DNA of 6,775 bases. Source: Candidatus Wukongarchaeum yapensis. GTDB taxonomy: Archaea > Asgardarchaeota > Wukongarchaeia > Wukongarchaeales > Wukongarchaeaceae. Where the stretch lies: NCBI GenBank assembly GCA_016840425.1, contig JAEOSI010000126.1:1-6775 (forward strand), in the 5' to 3' direction. Positions 5,332 through 6,775 of this stretch are shown in pieces. Numbering within the stretch: position 1 is the stretch's first letter; every line of letters begins with the position of its first letter. A program made the translations under genes and the position numbers. Under the pieces are notes generated by a model. The model was given only the letters and a program-made list of their open reading frames with translations, had not been told where the DNA came from and did no database searches.

Positions 5332-5871
5332 TTGCCTGTAATATTGCAATCCGAAAATAAGACTAAAGAGGAGCTGGAGACCCTTCTCCAGGAAAAAGAC
5401 GAAACTATTGAAAAGTTAAAAAGACGTATTGAAGATAATTTAACCTTGAATAACGAACTTCAGATGCATCTAGACGATTATAAAAGACGCTTAACTATAA
5501 CCGAAAAACGGTTAGGAGAGAAAAAAGAGGTTAAACAAGAACCTGTTAAACCTGTAAAAGAAGAGGTTATGGAACGAAAAACTTCCACTTCAAGTGCGGT
5601 CCCCCAAGAAGAATTAGAAACTCTAAGAAAACAAAATGCCGAGCTAACTGAAGCTTTAAAAATAACAGAAAGAAGCAAACAAGAACTTGAAAAACAGCTA
5701 AAAGAAAAAGAAGAACAGTTCCAAAAACTCCAAGAACAAATAAACACCTTGGAAGAACAAATAAAACGACTAGGAGAAACTCCTGAAATAGAGAAAAAAG
5801 CAACTGAAGTCGATTTCGACCACGCTCTTAAAGAATTCCAAGAGAGAATTAAAAAACTACGCTCCTTGTAA
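5332..5871 (+). CDS. Hypothetical coiled-coil protein, 179 aa, no recognised family
   Basis: E/K/Q/L-rich with two uninterrupted heptad runs (residues about 15-61 and 95-147), a Pro/Ser/Thr-rich linker and an amphipathic C-terminal helix. TTG start 3 nt after GGAAGGTTGA. Confidence 0.82.
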   Translation: MPVILQSENKTKEELETLLQEKDETIEKLKRRIEDNLTLNNELQMHLDDYKRRLTITEKRLGEKKEVKQEPVKPVKEEVMERKTSTSSAVPQEELETLRKQNAELTEALKITERSKQELEKQLKEKEEQFQKLQEQINTLEEQIKRLGETPEIEKKATEVDFDHALKEFQERIKKLRSL

Positions 5872-5984
5872 AAAAAATCCCAGCCGTCAAAACAACTGTA
5901 TTTCGACCTCCTAATCAAGCCTACAATAGCATAATCAACCCTCTTATTTTTCCAATCCTCCTCCTCATAAAGAAGGCGACTTGT

Positions 5985-6775
5985 TTGAAGAGCGAAGCAA
6001 ATACCTCTAAAACCATTTCTCTATCAGACTTCCAGGACATTAACCAGTGTATCGAGCTCTTACAATCTCGAGTCGGCCTCGACATCATCACGATCTTTGG
6101 TAGAGGATTTGTTGAATATAAAGGCCGCGCAAGGGCCGAATCTGCGGGTTATTTTGACTCAGTCACCATGATCAAACCTGACGGATCATTGAACGTACAT
6201 AAAAAAAATGGCGTAAAAGCCGTAAATTGGCAGCCTGCAGGTAGTCAAGTCAAGATAAGCTTGGACGAAGAAAACCGTCTTTACTTAACTGTTACCTCTA
6301 AAAAAACAGTGAACGAGGTTCTAACAGTTGTTTTTGATGAAGTTTTCCAAATAGTATGTTTTAGAGCAGAGGCAGACAAAGGATTAATATTAAAAGGAAC
6401 TGAAAGCGATATAACGCGCATTTTTGTAAAAAACCCCTCCCTTATTGAAGAAGGATTTAAAGTCACCGCCTCTGAGTTTGAAACAGATTTCGGGTTTATT
6501 GACATATTAGGATTTGACGCAAAAGGCATGCTAACCGTCTGTGAAGTAAAAAGAAGGACGGCAGGACCAAAAGCCGTCCAACAATTAAAAAGATACGTTG
6601 ACCACTTTACTACGCGCGAGAAAAGAAAAGTTAGAGGTATTTTAATAGCCCCTGATGCCTCAAAAAAGGCGAGAAATTACCTGCGTACCTATAAATTCGA
6701 TTTTCTTAAATTCAACACTGAAATTCTGCAAAACATAGAAAAAGCCGATTTAGAAAAAAATAAAGAAACCCCCAC
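5985..6775 (+). CDS. nucS: Endonuclease NucS/EndoMS, 3'-truncated by the window edge; not in the ORF track
   Basis: Manual translation from TTG 5985: MKSEANTSKTISLSDFQDINQCIELLQSRVGLDIITIFGRGFVEYKGRARAESAGYFDSVTMIKPDGSLNVHKKNGVKAVNWQPAGS...LKGTESDI...NPSLIEEGFK...EFETDFGFIDILGFDAKGMLTVCEVKRR...AVQQLKRYV...VRGILIAP. YxGR, KPDGS, NWQP, catalytic D (6501), ExK (6543-6551) and QxxxY (6582-6596) are all present. No stop through 6775 (at least 263 codons). SD-like AAGGCGA at 5973-5979. Confidence 0.93.
   Translation, partial: MKSEANTSKTISLSDFQDINQCIELLQSRVGLDIITIFGRGFVEYKGRARAESAGYFDSVTMIKPDGSLNVHKKNGVKAVNWQPAGSQVKISLDEENRLYLTVTSKKTVNEVLTVVFDEVFQIVCFRAEADKGLILKGTESDITRIFVKNPSLIEEGFKVTASEFETDFGFIDILGFDAKGMLTVCEVKRRTAGPKAVQQLKRYVDHFTTREKRKVRGILIAPDASKKARNYLRTYKFDFLKFNTEILQNIEKADLEKNKETP

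Noticed and set aside
5541-5559. ACCTGTTAA-ACCTGTAAA tandem repeat
   Set aside because: Simply encodes PVK-PVK in a low-complexity linker.
5478-5918. Minus-strand ORFs 5478-5918 and 5567-5803 (hydrophobic, membrane-like)
   Set aside because: Mirror of the K/E/Q-rich coiled-coil gene: AAA/GAA/CAA codons read as F/S/L in reverse.
6281-6529. Minus-strand ORF of 82 aa given by the track
   Set aside because: Antisense shadow of nucS, which is the real gene here.
1-6775. Thermococcales glycolytic motif (TATCAC-N5-GTGATA) near tpiA/trmB; CRISPR arrays, tRNAs, IS ends
   Set aside because: I found no match by eye in the intergenic regions, and no regularly spaced repeats, tRNA T-loop signatures or transposase ORFs.

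Overview
AT-rich archaeal chromosomal segment with eight protein-coding genes. No RNA genes, CRISPR arrays or mobile elements are visible. Order: pyruvoyl-dependent arginine decarboxylase (pdaD) > deoxyhypusine-synthase-family protein > archaeal-type triosephosphate isomerase (tpiA) > TrmB-family regulator > HAD-IIB phosphoglycolate phosphatase > < DUF89/ARMT1-like phosphatase | orphan coiled-coil protein > endonuclease NucS/EndoMS >. NucS is absent from the supplied ORF track because it runs off the 3' end; I translated it by hand. The most interesting points are (i) a pdaD + DHS pair in which the DHS keeps the catalytic lysine but lacks three residues that bind spermidine in the human enzyme, hinting at an agmatine- or putrescine-based route; (ii) an orphan two-segment coiled-coil protein with a MIM1-like C-terminal helix directly upstream of a divergent NucS; (iii) a tpiA-regulator-two-phosphatase neighbourhood that may serve metabolite damage control; and (iv) several candidate promoter and operator structures. 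All family calls come from motif recognition, not database searches, and the lineage cannot be determined from the sequence alone.
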